A DNA stretch of 64,000 bases from an uncultured Puniceicoccaceae bacterium (GCA_963933835.1 CAWVVV010000003.1:32001-96000), one strand, 5' to 3'; positions 52,079 through 62,755 are shown, numbered from the stretch's first letter. A program made the numbers and translations. The notes: generated by a model from the sequence alone, not told the origin.

Positions 52079-52903
52079 CTACGACATCTGCCGCAGATTC
52101 ACATCGCGCTGCGGGAATGGGATGGTAAGACCTGCTTCTTGGACGGCGTTAAAGACAGCCAAATTCACTTCATAGAGTGTTTTATGATAGGATTCGGTTG
52201 GAGGCCATACGCGGTAGGCGATATCAATCGATGAATCGCCGAAGGCTTCGATACCAACCTCAGGTTGTTTGCCCGTATCGAGTGTAGGAATCGTTGATAC
52301 GGCTTTCGTCACAGCTGCGATTGCCGTTTCCGGACTATCGCTATAGGCGATACCGACGACACCTTCGATAACACGAAACTCGTGCGAATTAGTCAGGATC
52401 TCACCTAGCACCTTCCTGTTGGGTATCGAGATGCTTTCGCCATCTTCAGATCCAAGAAGAGTCTGACCCAAATTCACTTCGCTAACGACACCAGTAACTT
52501 CGTGGATTTTAAGCGTATCCCCGACGACATAAGGACGTGTGAGAATGATAACAATACCTGCCCCGAAATTTGAAACGGGTCCCTGCACAGCCAAACTAAA
52601 GCCGAAGGCACCGGCACCTAAGAGAGCAATAAAGGGGGTGATCTCTACGCCAATTTTACTCAGAGCAACAATCGCTGCCAGTACGATGATAACGACTTTG
52701 ACTGAGCTGGCAAAGAAGCGAGAGAGCGTTACATCGACATCCCGCTTTGCGCAGATCTTCAGCACGGTGCGACTGATCGCCTTAGCGAAATAAAGCCCCA
52801 AAAGCAGGATAATTCCACCGATCGCTAGTCGCACCGCATTCGTTGCTATATAAGCGACAACGAGGTCTGAGTATTTTTGTATAAAATCGAGTTCTTCCTG
52901 CAT
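52079..52903 (-). CDS. mscS: Small-conductance mechanosensitive channel
   Basis: LAVQG..SNF..G, RPY.VGD, IPN, FGDSSI, IPFPQRDV. Confidence 0.93.
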   Translation of the reverse strand: MQEELDFIQKYSDLVVAYIATNAVRLAIGGIILLLGLYFAKAISRTVLKICAKRDVDVTLSRFFASSVKVVIIVLAAIVALSKIGVEITPFIALLGAGAFGFSLAVQGPVSNFGAGIVIILTRPYVVGDTLKIHEVTGVVSEVNLGQTLLGSEDGESISIPNRKVLGEILTNSHEFRVIEGVVGIAYSDSPETAIAAVTKAVSTIPTLDTGKQPEVGIEAFGDSSIDIAYRVWPPTESYHKTLYEVNLAVFNAVQEAGLTIPFPQRDVNLRQMS

Positions 52904-52925
52904 GGTCGCTCTTTCTGGCCGGGGC

Positions 52926-54281
52926 CTATATGTGTTTCACGAGAAAATCTTTAACCGCCTCATCCGTCGCTGGGAGCGGATACTTTACCTGTTCCTTTTC
53001 CTTCAAAGCTTCGAGCGCAGGATGTGTCACAGGCTTGCCGAGTACTTTTTCGATCACATCAGCAAACTTTGCCGGATGCGCAGTGCTCATAATGACGGTT
53101 GGCCGCTCCTTAGAAATATCAACAAAACCACAGGCCGTATGGGGGTCTACGACGTAGTCGTATTTCTCATACAAATCTCTGATGGTCCATTCGATATCGC
53201 CATCGTCAGCACGACACGAGCGAAACGCACCTTTATCGAAGTTCTCGAAGTCATAGGAGCCACTCGCCTTGAACGCCTCCATAACCTCACGAACACGTGC
53301 TCCATCCTTACCTTCATGGAACCAGAGGAAGCGTTCGAAGTTACTCGCGATCTGAATATCCATCGATGGAGCGTGGCTCGGAGCAACGGCATCCATCGAG
53401 TAAGAACCGGTCTGAAATAAGCGGCAGAGGATGTCGTTTTGATTCGTCGCGACACAGAAGCCTCCCATCGGCACACCCATTTGCTGAACCATCCAGCCAG
53501 CGAGGACGTTACCAAAATTTCCAGTTGGGACGACAAACTCAGCAATCTCTCGCTCATCAGCCGGAAGCCGGAACCACGCATAGAGGTAGTAGACACACTG
53601 AGCTAAGACTCGAGCCAGATTGATCGAGTTCACCGCGCTCAAATTGTATTTGTGACGAAACTCTAAGTCTCCAAAAATTGCCTTAATCGAGTTCTGGGCA
53701 TCATCGAAGGCACCATCGATCGCGATGGCGTAGACATTATCGGCCCCCGTGGTTGTCATCTGACGCTCCTGCAAAGGCGACACTCCACCGTCCGGATAGA
53801 GGATAAAGATCTTTACGCCTTTCTTGCCAAGAAGCCCATGAATCGCCGCGGCGCCCGTATCGCCACTGGTCGCTCCAAGGACATTGATCGCCTTACCTGT
53901 GCGAGCAATCTGCTCTTCGTAAAAATTACCCAAGAGCTGAAGCGCAAAGTCCTTGAAGGCAAGGCTCGGGCCATGAAAGAGCTCAAAAACATGCAATCCC
54001 CTCTCGAGTGTCCGCAGTGGAGCGATATCTGGATGGTCAAATTTCAGGTAGCTGCGTTGAACGATGCTCTTAAGCGTCTCGGGCGCTATATCTGTAGCGA
54101 ACAAGCTGAAGAACGCTTCACAAAGATCCGGATACGACAATCCCTCCCACTCCTTCAAATAAGGAGCGAGGTCGGGCATGGTTTCCGGGATCAGAAGCCC
54201 GCCATCAGGGGCAAGACCCGTAGCGACTGCCTCGGAAAATGTGAGCGGGTCAGTCTGTCCTCGAGTAGAAACGTATTTCAT
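52926..54281 (-). CDS. thrC: Threonine synthase
   Basis: YVSTRG, GLAPDGGL, ELFHGPSLAFKD, ATSGDTG, NSIN, TAHPAKF. Confidence 0.96.
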   Translation of the reverse strand: MKYVSTRGQTDPLTFSEAVATGLAPDGGLLIPETMPDLAPYLKEWEGLSYPDLCEAFFSLFATDIAPETLKSIVQRSYLKFDHPDIAPLRTLERGLHVFELFHGPSLAFKDFALQLLGNFYEEQIARTGKAINVLGATSGDTGAAAIHGLLGKKGVKIFILYPDGGVSPLQERQMTTTGADNVYAIAIDGAFDDAQNSIKAIFGDLEFRHKYNLSAVNSINLARVLAQCVYYLYAWFRLPADEREIAEFVVPTGNFGNVLAGWMVQQMGVPMGGFCVATNQNDILCRLFQTGSYSMDAVAPSHAPSMDIQIASNFERFLWFHEGKDGARVREVMEAFKASGSYDFENFDKGAFRSCRADDGDIEWTIRDLYEKYDYVVDPHTACGFVDISKERPTVIMSTAHPAKFADVIEKVLGKPVTHPALEALKEKEQVKYPLPATDEAVKDFLVKHI

Positions 54282-54305
54282 CGCTTAGCGTTTGTCTGTA
54301 TTTCC

Positions 54306-55520
54306 TTACGACGCATCGAGACCAAAGGCTTCGTGCAAGACGCGCACAGCTTCGTCGCCCTGATCTAAAGCAATCGCGATCGAGATCTTAATCTCAGAAG
54401 TCGAGATGAGCTGAATATTCACTTCGTATTTAGCGAGCGTGGTAAACATCAGAGCCGCCACACCGGAATGCGAACGCATACCGATGCCGACAATCGAAAC
54501 CTTTGCAACGGGATCAGCGACAGCGCACTTGCCCTTGCCAATGACAGCCAAGGCACTGTTCACAGCCTGTTCCGCGCGGATTGAGTCGTCGGTATTGACA
54601 GTGAATGTCAGGTTAGCAACGCCGTCGCGCCCGACATTCTGAACGATCATATCCACGTTCACATTCGCCTCGTGTAGGGAGCTAAATACGCCGGATGCCG
54701 CACCGGGTTGATCCGGCAAGTCGGTGACGAGGACTTTGGTTTGATTCTTATCGCAAGCGACGCCGCGCACGACGACATCTTCCAAGGTAGTATCTGCTTT
54801 CACGAGCGTTCCTGGATTTAGGTTAAAACTACTGCGTACCTCAAAAGGCACATTGAATTTTTTTGCAAACTCGACCGCACGAGACTGCATTACTTTAGAG
54901 CCCATACTCGCGAGCTCAAGCATCTCTTCGTAAGCGATTTCAGAGATCTTCTGAGCATTGGGGACGATTCGAGGATCTGCGGTGTAGACGCCATCCACAT
55001 CGGTGTAGATCTGACAAAGGTCTGCTTTCAGCGCCGACGCCAAGGCGACCGCGGAAAGGTCTGAGCCACCACGGCCAAAGGTCGTGATTTGGCCACCGCT
55101 ATCCTGTCCTTGAAATCCAGCGACGATGATCACGTTTCCCGCATCAAGCTCTCGGCGCATGGCGGTGGCATCGATGTTCACGATGCGAGCCTTCGTATGC
55201 ACTTTGTCGGTAGTGATCCCTGCCTGGGCACCCGTCATCGAAACAGCAGGAATGCCTTTAGCCTGCAGCGCCATCGAAGCGAGGGCGATAGTCTCCTGCT
55301 CCCCGACAGAGAGAAGCATATCCATCTCACGGTCACTGGGCTGAGGATGCAGCTCCTTAGCATCTGCGATCAGGCGATTCGTCACCCCTCCACGCGCGGA
55401 TACAACGACCACAATTTCATGCCCTTCGGCACGACTTTGCGCGACGCGTTCAGCAACATTGCGAATACGATCGAGATCTTTGACGGACGTTCCGCCATAT
55501 TTTTGGACAATTAAAGCCAT
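54306..55520 (-). CDS. lysC: Aspartate kinase
   Basis: VQKYGGTSV, GRGGSD, TDVDGVYTADP, two ACT domains. Confidence 0.95.
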   Translation of the reverse strand: MALIVQKYGGTSVKDLDRIRNVAERVAQSRAEGHEIVVVVSARGGVTNRLIADAKELHPQPSDREMDMLLSVGEQETIALASMALQAKGIPAVSMTGAQAGITTDKVHTKARIVNIDATAMRRELDAGNVIIVAGFQGQDSGGQITTFGRGGSDLSAVALASALKADLCQIYTDVDGVYTADPRIVPNAQKISEIAYEEMLELASMGSKVMQSRAVEFAKKFNVPFEVRSSFNLNPGTLVKADTTLEDVVVRGVACDKNQTKVLVTDLPDQPGAASGVFSSLHEANVNVDMIVQNVGRDGVANLTFTVNTDDSIRAEQAVNSALAVIGKGKCAVADPVAKVSIVGIGMRSHSGVAALMFTTLAKYEVNIQLISTSEIKISIAIALDQGDEAVRVLHEAFGLDAS

Positions 55521-55528
55521 CTTCTTAC

Positions 55529-56845
55529 TCAGTCTCCGAAGCCTGCGATGCGAAGGACAAATGGTTTTTTCATTACGGTGCCACGCGCTTTCGCAAGGTC
55601 GGCGATCAAATAGCTCATCTGCTCTTCGGTCGAAACGTGCGTGGTCAAAACAAGACTAGAGGTGCCCTTTTTGGGCCCTGGAGTTTGCACGAGGCTTTCG
55701 ATACTGACAGTGTGTTTCGCAGTGAAGGCGGTTATGATCGAGAGAACCCCAGGGCGATCCTTCACCGTCAAACGAATGTAGAACGCTTGGCGCACCTCAT
55801 CGAGGGCGGCCAATTTAAGCGTCTCATCGGACGAGACGCTCTGGGTCGGAGGGCCTCCGAAGACCTTATAGAGCGCAGCATCAACAATGTCGCTGATGAC
55901 CGCACTCGCGGTCGCATCGCGCCCCGCTCCCCTGCCCACAAAGACAGTTTCTCCAACGATATCACCTGTCACGCTGACGCCATTGTAGACCTCATCAACA
56001 CGCGATAGCGCGAGTCCCTGAGGCACGAGCGTCGGGTGAACACTTACGGATAGGATACCCTTTTTAAGATCACGAATGATCGTTGCTAGAAGTTTGATCT
56101 TATAGCCCAGCTTACTCGCCCACTCGATATCCTCGAGGCTGACATCTCGGATACCTTCAACCGGCATCTCTTTCATTGAGATCCAGCGACCGTGTGCGAG
56201 CCATGCAAGGATCGCTGCCTTGTGAGCCGTGTCCCAACCGTCGAGATCAAGGGACTCATCGGCTTCGACATAGCCCAAGCGCCTAGCATCGCCCACGATC
56301 TCCTCGAAGCCTTTCCCCTCACGCTCCATGCGGGTGAGGATGTAGTTACAAGTGCCGTTGAGAATCCCGTAGATAACTGGAAATTGGTTCACCGCGAGGC
56401 CTTCTAGGAGCCCTTTTATAATCGGGATTCCACCGGCCACGGCGGATTCGAAAAACACGCGTCCTCCGCCCGCTTCAGCCGCGGCAAAGATCTCCTCACC
56501 ATGCTCAGCAAGCAAAGCCTTGTTCGCTGTCACGACGGTCTTGCCGTTGGCAAGGGCCGCGAGCGTCACTTTTTTAGCGAGCTTGATGCCGCCCATGAGC
56601 TCGCAGACGATATCGACCTCTCGGTCGGTCGCGACCGACAAGGCATCCTCGGTCAGCTTCGCTGCCGGCACCCGAATGTCGCGGGAACGACTGAGATCTT
56701 TGACTGCAGCCTTGTGAAGGATGAGCTCGGCTCCGGCATGGGCAGCCAACTGTTTCCGGCGACTTTGCACATGCTTCCAAACTCCTTGACCAACAACGCC
56801 AAGGCCAACGAGGCCGATACGGACTTTAGGTAGTGAAGATTTCAT
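55529..56845 (-). CDS. hom: Homoserine dehydrogenase with ACT domain
   Basis: GLGVVG, VTANKA, VAGGIP, GILNGTCNYIL, GRGAG..TASAV. Confidence 0.95.
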   Translation of the reverse strand: MKSSLPKVRIGLVGLGVVGQGVWKHVQSRRKQLAAHAGAELILHKAAVKDLSRSRDIRVPAAKLTEDALSVATDREVDIVCELMGGIKLAKKVTLAALANGKTVVTANKALLAEHGEEIFAAAEAGGGRVFFESAVAGGIPIIKGLLEGLAVNQFPVIYGILNGTCNYILTRMEREGKGFEEIVGDARRLGYVEADESLDLDGWDTAHKAAILAWLAHGRWISMKEMPVEGIRDVSLEDIEWASKLGYKIKLLATIIRDLKKGILSVSVHPTLVPQGLALSRVDEVYNGVSVTGDIVGETVFVGRGAGRDATASAVISDIVDAALYKVFGGPPTQSVSSDETLKLAALDEVRQAFYIRLTVKDRPGVLSIITAFTAKHTVSIESLVQTPGPKKGTSSLVLTTHVSTEEQMSYLIADLAKARGTVMKKPFVLRIAGFGD

Positions 56846-57468
56846 GACGATTTCGATTTCGATCCCGCGCGATTCTCAGTTCCTGCTAGAAGTCGTTGAA
56901 TATTTGCCCGATGACGCACGACAATCAGGACACAAAGCGCGAGGCATAGTCCAAGAGCTAGATCGCTCCCAAGAAAGAAGGCACTGAACGGAAGACTTAA
57001 CCCAAGCGCGATCGAAGCGAGCGATACGTAGCGCGTCGAGTAGAAGAGTAAAACCCAGAGTCCGATTCCAATCAGCATAACAACGGGTAGAATAACAAAG
57101 AGGCCGCCCACTGTGGTAGCGACGCCCTTCCCTCCTCTAAACTTTAGAAAGAGAGAGAAACTGTGTCCAAGGATTGCCCCGATCAGACCTAAAATCGCAA
57201 CGAGTTCTGGGTTAGCCTGGGTAGTAGATAGATTAGCAAAAAAGAAGCCCAACGCTGCCGCGCTAATACCTTTTCCGGCATCGAGCAAAAAGCAGGTGTA
57301 GCCAGCCTTTTTTCCAAGGTTACGCATCACATTCGTCGCACCGGGATTCCCGCTGCCCAGAGTGAAGATATCAACCCCGTGTCCACGAGCGATGAGCACA
57401 GCAAAAGGTATGGATCCGATAAGGTATCCAACCAACAAACTGCCCAAAGCTGCAAACAAAGCTCCCAT
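56842..57468 (-). CDS. plsY: Glycerol-3-phosphate acyltransferase
   Basis: YLIGSIP, GSGNPGATN, GH.FS.FL.FRGGKGVAT, HRANI.RL..GTE. Confidence 0.95.
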   Translation of the reverse strand: MGALFAALGSLLVGYLIGSIPFAVLIARGHGVDIFTLGSGNPGATNVMRNLGKKAGYTCFLLDAGKGISAAALGFFFANLSTTQANPELVAILGLIGAILGHSFSLFLKFRGGKGVATTVGGLFVILPVVMLIGIGLWVLLFYSTRYVSLASIALGLSLPFSAFFLGSDLALGLCLALCVLIVVRHRANIQRLLAGTENRAGSKSKSS

Positions 57469-57474
57469 TGTGGT

Positions 57475-59073
57475 CTAACCTGCCAGATCAACGAGGGCGA
57501 CGCGCTCAAAATCCGAATCCGAGCGAAGCTCATCAATGAGCTCTTTAGAAGGACGGCTATCGAGGCCACAAATGTTCAAAGCGATGCCACCAACAGTGTT
57601 ACGCCCTAGAGACATATGAGAGATGTTTATCTTCTCCTTCGCCATCGTCGTGCCGAGACGGCCGACAATACCAGGGACATCCTTGTTCTCAATCACAAGG
57701 AGGTATTTCTCAGTCAGTGAACATTCGAGGTCGCGTCCGTTTACATGCGTGAGGCGTGGCGTCTGGCTCTTGCCGATGAGGGTGCCCTCGATGACGTCAC
57801 AACGGCCGGTGCTGTCGCAGGCTTCGATCCGAATCAGTTCGGTGTAGTCGCGTTCGAGGTCGGTCTTAACGATCTCACCCTCGACACCGAGTCGAGCAAG
57901 CACGCGGGGAGCGTTGATATCGTTAACGTCGTTCGTGATTTGACGGAGGTAGCCACGCTGAATCGCACGGTTTATTGGTGTGACGTCTGTGTCTGCTAGT
58001 TTGCCACTGTAGATTAAGCGCAGCTTAGTCACGGCGTCTGGAGTCACCTGTTGGATCAGAGTGCCCATTTTATCAGCCAAAACGAGGTAAGGGCGCAGTG
58101 TCTTGAGCAGTGCTGGATCGATAGAAGGAGCATTGAGAGCATTGCGGGCGCGTCCACCACGAATAGCCTCAACCATGATTTCAGCGACTTCGAGACCCAC
58201 GTTTTCCTGCGCCTCGAGGGTCGATGCACCGAGGTGTGGAGTCAGGACCATCTGTCCGTATTCGCGCAGAGGACTCTCCTTTGAGAGCGGCTCAACTTCA
58301 AAAACATCAAGGCCGGAGGCTGCTGCCTTACCAGACTTGAGGGCATCAGCGAGATCAGCTTCGTCGATAAGGCCACCGCGAGCGCAGTTCACGATGCGAA
58401 CACCGTCCTTCATTTTCGACAACGAAGAGGCATTGATCATCTTGGTCGTCGCTTCGGTTTTCGGCATGTGGATGGTGATAAAGTCCACTTGGCTGAAGAG
58501 CTCATCCAGCTCGACCTTCTCGACCCCGAGTTGCTCTGCACGGGCAGACGTCAGATAAGGATCGTAGGCAAGCACACGCATTTTGAAAGCGAGTGCGCGC
58601 TTCGCGACTTCGCTACCAATGCGACCTAGACCAAGCACACCCAGGGTCTTTTGGTAGAGCTCTGTTCCCTTACTGAAAGCTTTCTTATTCCACTCTCCGT
58701 TCTTCATCGAGGCATTGGCCTGAGCCACCGGGCGGGCGGAGCAGAGGAGATGCGTAAAGGCTAATTCTGCCGTCGCTATCGTGTTACCGCTTGGCGTGTT
58801 CATGACGATAATGCCTCGATCTGAGGCAGCTTCAATGTCGATATTATCAACACCGACACCGGCGCGACCGACAGCCTTGAGCTCCGGTGCTACCGCCATG
58901 ATTTCGGCGGTCACGCTCGAGGCGCTTCGCACAATTATGCCGTTCACATCCACCGCAAGCTCAGCAAGCTTTTCGGGTGAAGAGTCGTAGGCTTCAAGCA
59001 CTTCGACATCGCTCTGGGCGCGTAGGTAATCGACTCCGGACTGGGAGATCTTATCTGCAACGAGTATTTTCAT
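57475..59073 (-). CDS. serA: D-3-phosphoglycerate dehydrogenase
   Basis: RAGVGVDNID, GLGRIG, NCARGG, TPHLGAST.EAQ, C-terminal ACT. Confidence 0.95.
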   Translation of the reverse strand: MKILVADKISQSGVDYLRAQSDVEVLEAYDSSPEKLAELAVDVNGIIVRSASSVTAEIMAVAPELKAVGRAGVGVDNIDIEAASDRGIIVMNTPSGNTIATAELAFTHLLCSARPVAQANASMKNGEWNKKAFSKGTELYQKTLGVLGLGRIGSEVAKRALAFKMRVLAYDPYLTSARAEQLGVEKVELDELFSQVDFITIHMPKTEATTKMINASSLSKMKDGVRIVNCARGGLIDEADLADALKSGKAAASGLDVFEVEPLSKESPLREYGQMVLTPHLGASTLEAQENVGLEVAEIMVEAIRGGRARNALNAPSIDPALLKTLRPYLVLADKMGTLIQQVTPDAVTKLRLIYSGKLADTDVTPINRAIQRGYLRQITNDVNDINAPRVLARLGVEGEIVKTDLERDYTELIRIEACDSTGRCDVIEGTLIGKSQTPRLTHVNGRDLECSLTEKYLLVIENKDVPGIVGRLGTTMAKEKINISHMSLGRNTVGGIALNICGLDSRPSKELIDELRSDSDFERVALVDLAG

Positions 59074-59197
59074 CTTTGGAAAAAACGCGTGAGCTTAGCC
59101 CGCGAGACACGGCTGGCAACAGCAGAACGCAAGAAACAACTTCTCCTCGCCACCGAGGCACACTGATCAGAGAGTCCCACTCCCATCCCTCGAAATA

Positions 59198-59404
59198 ATG
59201 AAACCCAATAACGACGTGCAAATCCGCTTTGAAGCACAGCTTACGTTTATCGAAAAAACGATCTCAGAGCTCAGCGAAGAGCTCTATCGCCAGCAAAAGC
59301 AGACTGAAAAACTTCAGCGCGAATTCGACAAACTGAAATCGAAGCTCGAAAGCCGAGAGGAAGGCGGCGGCGAAATGCCGCATGTACCGCCTCCTCATTA
59401 CTGA
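59198..59404 (+). CDS. slyX: SlyX family protein
   Basis: Coiled coil ending in PPPHY. Confidence 0.85.
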   Translation: MKPNNDVQIRFEAQLTFIEKTISELSEELYRQQKQTEKLQREFDKLKSKLESREEGGGEMPHVPPPHY

Positions 59405-59617
59405 CCGGAAAGAGCAACCTGGATGAGGCTAATTGGAGCATCGGTTCATGCGATCGACGCCTCGAAGTGAACGCAAATTCCAGAGCAGAAATGCAGTGCT
59501 CGGCTCTCGGCCAAAAACACGACAGATTGAGCATTGTAGTTTGATTCGAGAGTGCCATAACCCGCGATTGTTCAATATTAGAACGTTCGCAATTCGTTCG
59601 AAAATTAAGGTAACATT

Positions 59618-60114
59618 ATGGCACCAAAAGCAAAAAAATCTGCCGCCAAAAAGGTGGTCAAAAAGACGGCTCCAGCCAAAAAGGCTCCTGTCAAGAAAGT
59701 CGTAGTTAAGAAAGTCGCCGCCAAAAAGGTGGTATCCAAAAAACCGCAGTGAAGAAATCGCCTGCTAAAAAAACTGTAGTGAAAAAAACTCCAGTTAAGA
59801 AAGCAGCGGTTAAGAAACCTGCTCCCAAGAAGGCCCCAGCAAGAAGAAAAGCTGTCTCTAAGCTTACAACTATTGGTGTTAAGATTGATGTCGGCTTCGG
59901 CAACGCTCTCTACCTACGTGGTAGTGGTGGCGGCCTAAACTGGGACAAAGGCGTTGTCATGGGCAATGCTTCTTCAGATGAGTGGGTATGGAGCACTGAT
60001 ACCGCTACGGGCACCGTCGAGTTCAAGATTCTCATCAATGATGAGTTTTGGGCTGCTGGCGCAAATCACGTGGTCGAAGCAGGCTACCGCGTAGATATCG
60101 ATCCAAGCTTCTAG
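59618..60114 (+). CDS. Histone H1-like Lys/Ala/Pro-rich protein with CBM20-like C-terminal domain; frameshift at A6 run 59738-59743
   Basis: MAPKAKKSAAKK.. (stop 59750-59752) continues in another frame as KKSPAKK..DVGFGNALYLRG..LNW.KG..W.W..EFK.L.ND..W..G.N. Confidence 0.75.
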
Positions 60115-60145
60115 AGGCTCTCGAAATCTACCTCTATTTTTCTTC

Positions 60146-60181
60146 GTCCCTCGACGCGTTTCGCGTCGGGGGACTTTTTTT
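60146..60181 (+). terminator. Intrinsic terminator
   Basis: GTCCCTCGACGCG/CGCGTCGGGGGAC stem plus T-run. Confidence 0.85.
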
Positions 60182-60190
60182 CATGAGGGC

Positions 60191-60889
60191 CTAGATGCCG
60201 TATTCTGGATCGTTGCCCGCACCAAGATCTCGCAACCGCTGCGTCAAAATCGCCGTTGCCTCTTTACGATCCTTCGTCGGCGCAAGCTCATTCGTGTCTC
60301 GATACGTTTCGATCCGCATCGTCACTCGGCTGAATGGCCAAGGGATGAAAAAGCGATCCCAGCTCTTGAGACGGCCAGCGCGATGAAAACGAGCCGTAAA
60401 CAGGAGAAGTGGGACCTTACTCTGGCGGGCAAGCATCATAGCACCCTCCTTCGCCTCATAAATAGGCCCTCTGGATCCATCCACGGTCAATCCAGCATCG
60501 ACCCCCTGCTTTAACGCCCGCACGAGTTCGCGAGCACCCACACCGCCGCGGCTGCCAGAGCTGCCTCGGACTGATTTGAGGCCGAAAGAATTAAAAAGCG
60601 CAGCCAGCCAAGCCCCATCTTTGCTTGGGCTGATCATCCCGGCTAATCCAGCATACGGTGCCCGATAGCGGCGATGCATCTCTGGAACAATTGATAGACA
60701 GTTATGCCAACAGACGAGAAAGGTCCCTTTAGGAAGTTCGGCAATGGTCTTTAAGTCCTCAGGCGCGACCTCAAAACGCAACGTCCGAAACCAGAGCCGC
60801 AGGAAGATCGAGAGCGGCCAAATGACCACCTTTCGCCAGCCCTCGACTTCGAAAAACGTCGATGCTTTTTGCTCCGTTGCAGAACTCAT
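60191..60889 (-). CDS. DUF374 lysophospholipid acyltransferase family protein
   Basis: CWH, ISPSKDG, VRGSS.SRGG, TVDGSRGP, SWDRF.IPWPF. Confidence 0.88.
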   Translation of the reverse strand: MSSATEQKASTFFEVEGWRKVVIWPLSIFLRLWFRTLRFEVAPEDLKTIAELPKGTFLVCWHNCLSIVPEMHRRYRAPYAGLAGMISPSKDGAWLAALFNSFGLKSVRGSSGSRGGVGARELVRALKQGVDAGLTVDGSRGPIYEAKEGAMMLARQSKVPLLLFTARFHRAGRLKSWDRFFIPWPFSRVTMRIETYRDTNELAPTKDRKEATAILTQRLRDLGAGNDPEYGI

Positions 60890-60989
60890 GGTTTAAAGCA
60901 TCGGTCTGGACAGACATCCGGCAACGGCAAATCGACACCCCTCACAACTTGCCCCATCGTATATATTTCCTAGCTTAAGGAACTAAGCT

Positions 60990-61514
60990 ATGCCCATTGA
61001 GCCCTGTCCTTACTTACCAAAAGCCTCTCCGCACGACCATACAACCCTCGGTCGTCACGGGGCTCGACGTGATGCCGCGTTCTACCTCGATGCTTTGAGC
61101 TATGGACAAAGCCTCTGGCAACAAGGCCACCCCGGCAGGGCACTTCTCGCAGTGACGCGCGCACTCTACGCCAACCTAGAAGCTAGTGAGGAGATTTTGA
61201 AGACGTGGCCTCTGCCCTACTCCGCCTTACACTGGATAATGGCACAGCATACCTCCGACAATTTCCCTGGAAATCCACGGATCAGCTTCCAGCATCAAGC
61301 AACTCGCCTTCGAGGAGCTCGGAGCGAAGTCCGTTCGGCGCGAGCATGGGCCGTATGGGCCCTTGCTTGTGCGGCAAGGCCCAACCTCCTCGGCGACATA
61401 GAACAAGGCATTATTGAGCCATCGCTTGATGATATCTCGAAGCGATTGAAAACACATGGGCACCCCCATGAAGCTGCTCTCTGGCAAAGCACTCTTGAGG
61501 CCGACGAGTGCTAG
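60990..61514 (+). CDS. Hypothetical protein
   Basis: AAGGA RBS, 174-aa ORF, no recognised family. Confidence 0.7.
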   Translation: MPIEPCPYLPKASPHDHTTLGRHGARRDAAFYLDALSYGQSLWQQGHPGRALLAVTRALYANLEASEEILKTWPLPYSALHWIMAQHTSDNFPGNPRISFQHQATRLRGARSEVRSARAWAVWALACAARPNLLGDIEQGIIEPSLDDISKRLKTHGHPHEAALWQSTLEADEC

Positions 61515-62503
61515 AGCTCGCGTAAGCGGCCGCGGTAACGACGCACAATCTTGCTCATCCCGCTCTTATCGCCGCTTTTCATTTGGAAGCCAAAGAAGTG
61601 GATCTTCGCCGCTTCTCCGAGGCCCGACTGCAGTTCGATGATGTCTGCCTCGAGTTCATCCCATGGAACATTCTCGGTTCCACCCTCATCCGGCGTCCGC
61701 TGAAAGCTCCCATCTGAAACGATGACAATCGCATCCGGCACTGGATCGAGGCGAAAAGCAGCCCCGATCACTGACTGGATGCCATTCGGGGTCTCCCTCG
61801 TCCAACTAGGGGCACTCTTCCCATCCGTCCGGAACTCAGACTCAAGCCAAGCCAGAGCCGAGGCCTTGTTCTCTTGCGTCGCTGCGACGAGAAAGTCGCG
61901 AAAGGGATCATACTGGCGCGAAAACTGGATAAACCCGAAGAGTGTATTCGCATTGAGTTGCTCAACGAGAGCCTTGGTTTCCTGCTTGATCACATCCATC
62001 GTGAGACCCGCCTTCTCGATCTTGTTCTTCACTGAACCTGATATATCAAAACAGATCACGATTCTCTTTGCGCGTCCCTTTAGGCCAAAGAAAGAGAAAT
62101 CAGAGACCTCCGTTCCGACCTCTCCAAGCCCTCCCATCAATCCCGTTTGCCCCCTCAAGGCGCTCGTATCCATCACAGGACTGTTCATCGAGATCGGACT
62201 GAAATCGACCGATGGCAGGTCCGGCAAGGCGGGCAAGTTTTGCGGCCTCAAGGACTCGACCGCAAGCCGTTGGAGCAGGGCTGGCGGTTGTGCCACCTCC
62301 TGAAACTCCGAAACAGAGACGCGATGCTCTAATTCACGCTGCGGAAGATAGATTGTCTTTTTTGACGTGAAATCAGGCTCTTCGCGAAAAATCGGCCCGA
62401 TCACGACGACCGAGACGGCGATGAGCAAAACAAGCCCCTGTGCTATGAAAGCAAACAAGAGTGGCCCCATTCCAAAAATCTTTCGCTTCGGCCGAACTAA
62501 CAC
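61511..62503 (-). CDS. Membrane-anchored vWA domain protein
   Basis: TM, linker, CFDISGS (MIDAS), FGFIQF, IVIVSDG. Confidence 0.8.
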   Translation of the reverse strand: MLVRPKRKIFGMGPLLFAFIAQGLVLLIAVSVVVIGPIFREEPDFTSKKTIYLPQRELEHRVSVSEFQEVAQPPALLQRLAVESLRPQNLPALPDLPSVDFSPISMNSPVMDTSALRGQTGLMGGLGEVGTEVSDFSFFGLKGRAKRIVICFDISGSVKNKIEKAGLTMDVIKQETKALVEQLNANTLFGFIQFSRQYDPFRDFLVAATQENKASALAWLESEFRTDGKSAPSWTRETPNGIQSVIGAAFRLDPVPDAIVIVSDGSFQRTPDEGGTENVPWDELEADIIELQSGLGEAAKIHFFGFQMKSGDKSGMSKIVRRYRGRLREL

Positions 62504-62625
62504 TGAATGAAAGTTTCTGCCTTCAATTCGTGTCTACAAGCCTTGCTTCAAGTCTTTTGCGTGCCGATATCAGAATCTACAGTGACAACCTCGGTGCTGT
62601 AGCGGCTAAATTTCTGAGAAACCGC

Positions 62626-62653
62626 TTGACCGAACTCATGCAAAACCTAGCTT
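62626..62653 (+). promoter_or_regulatory. sigma70-type promoter of tRNA-Asp
   Basis: TTGACC-N16-TAGCTT. Confidence 0.55.
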
Positions 62654-62671
62654 CCCAAATCTTTCCCCCAT

Positions 62672-62748
<77 letters not shown>

Positions 62749-62755
62749 TTTTTTT

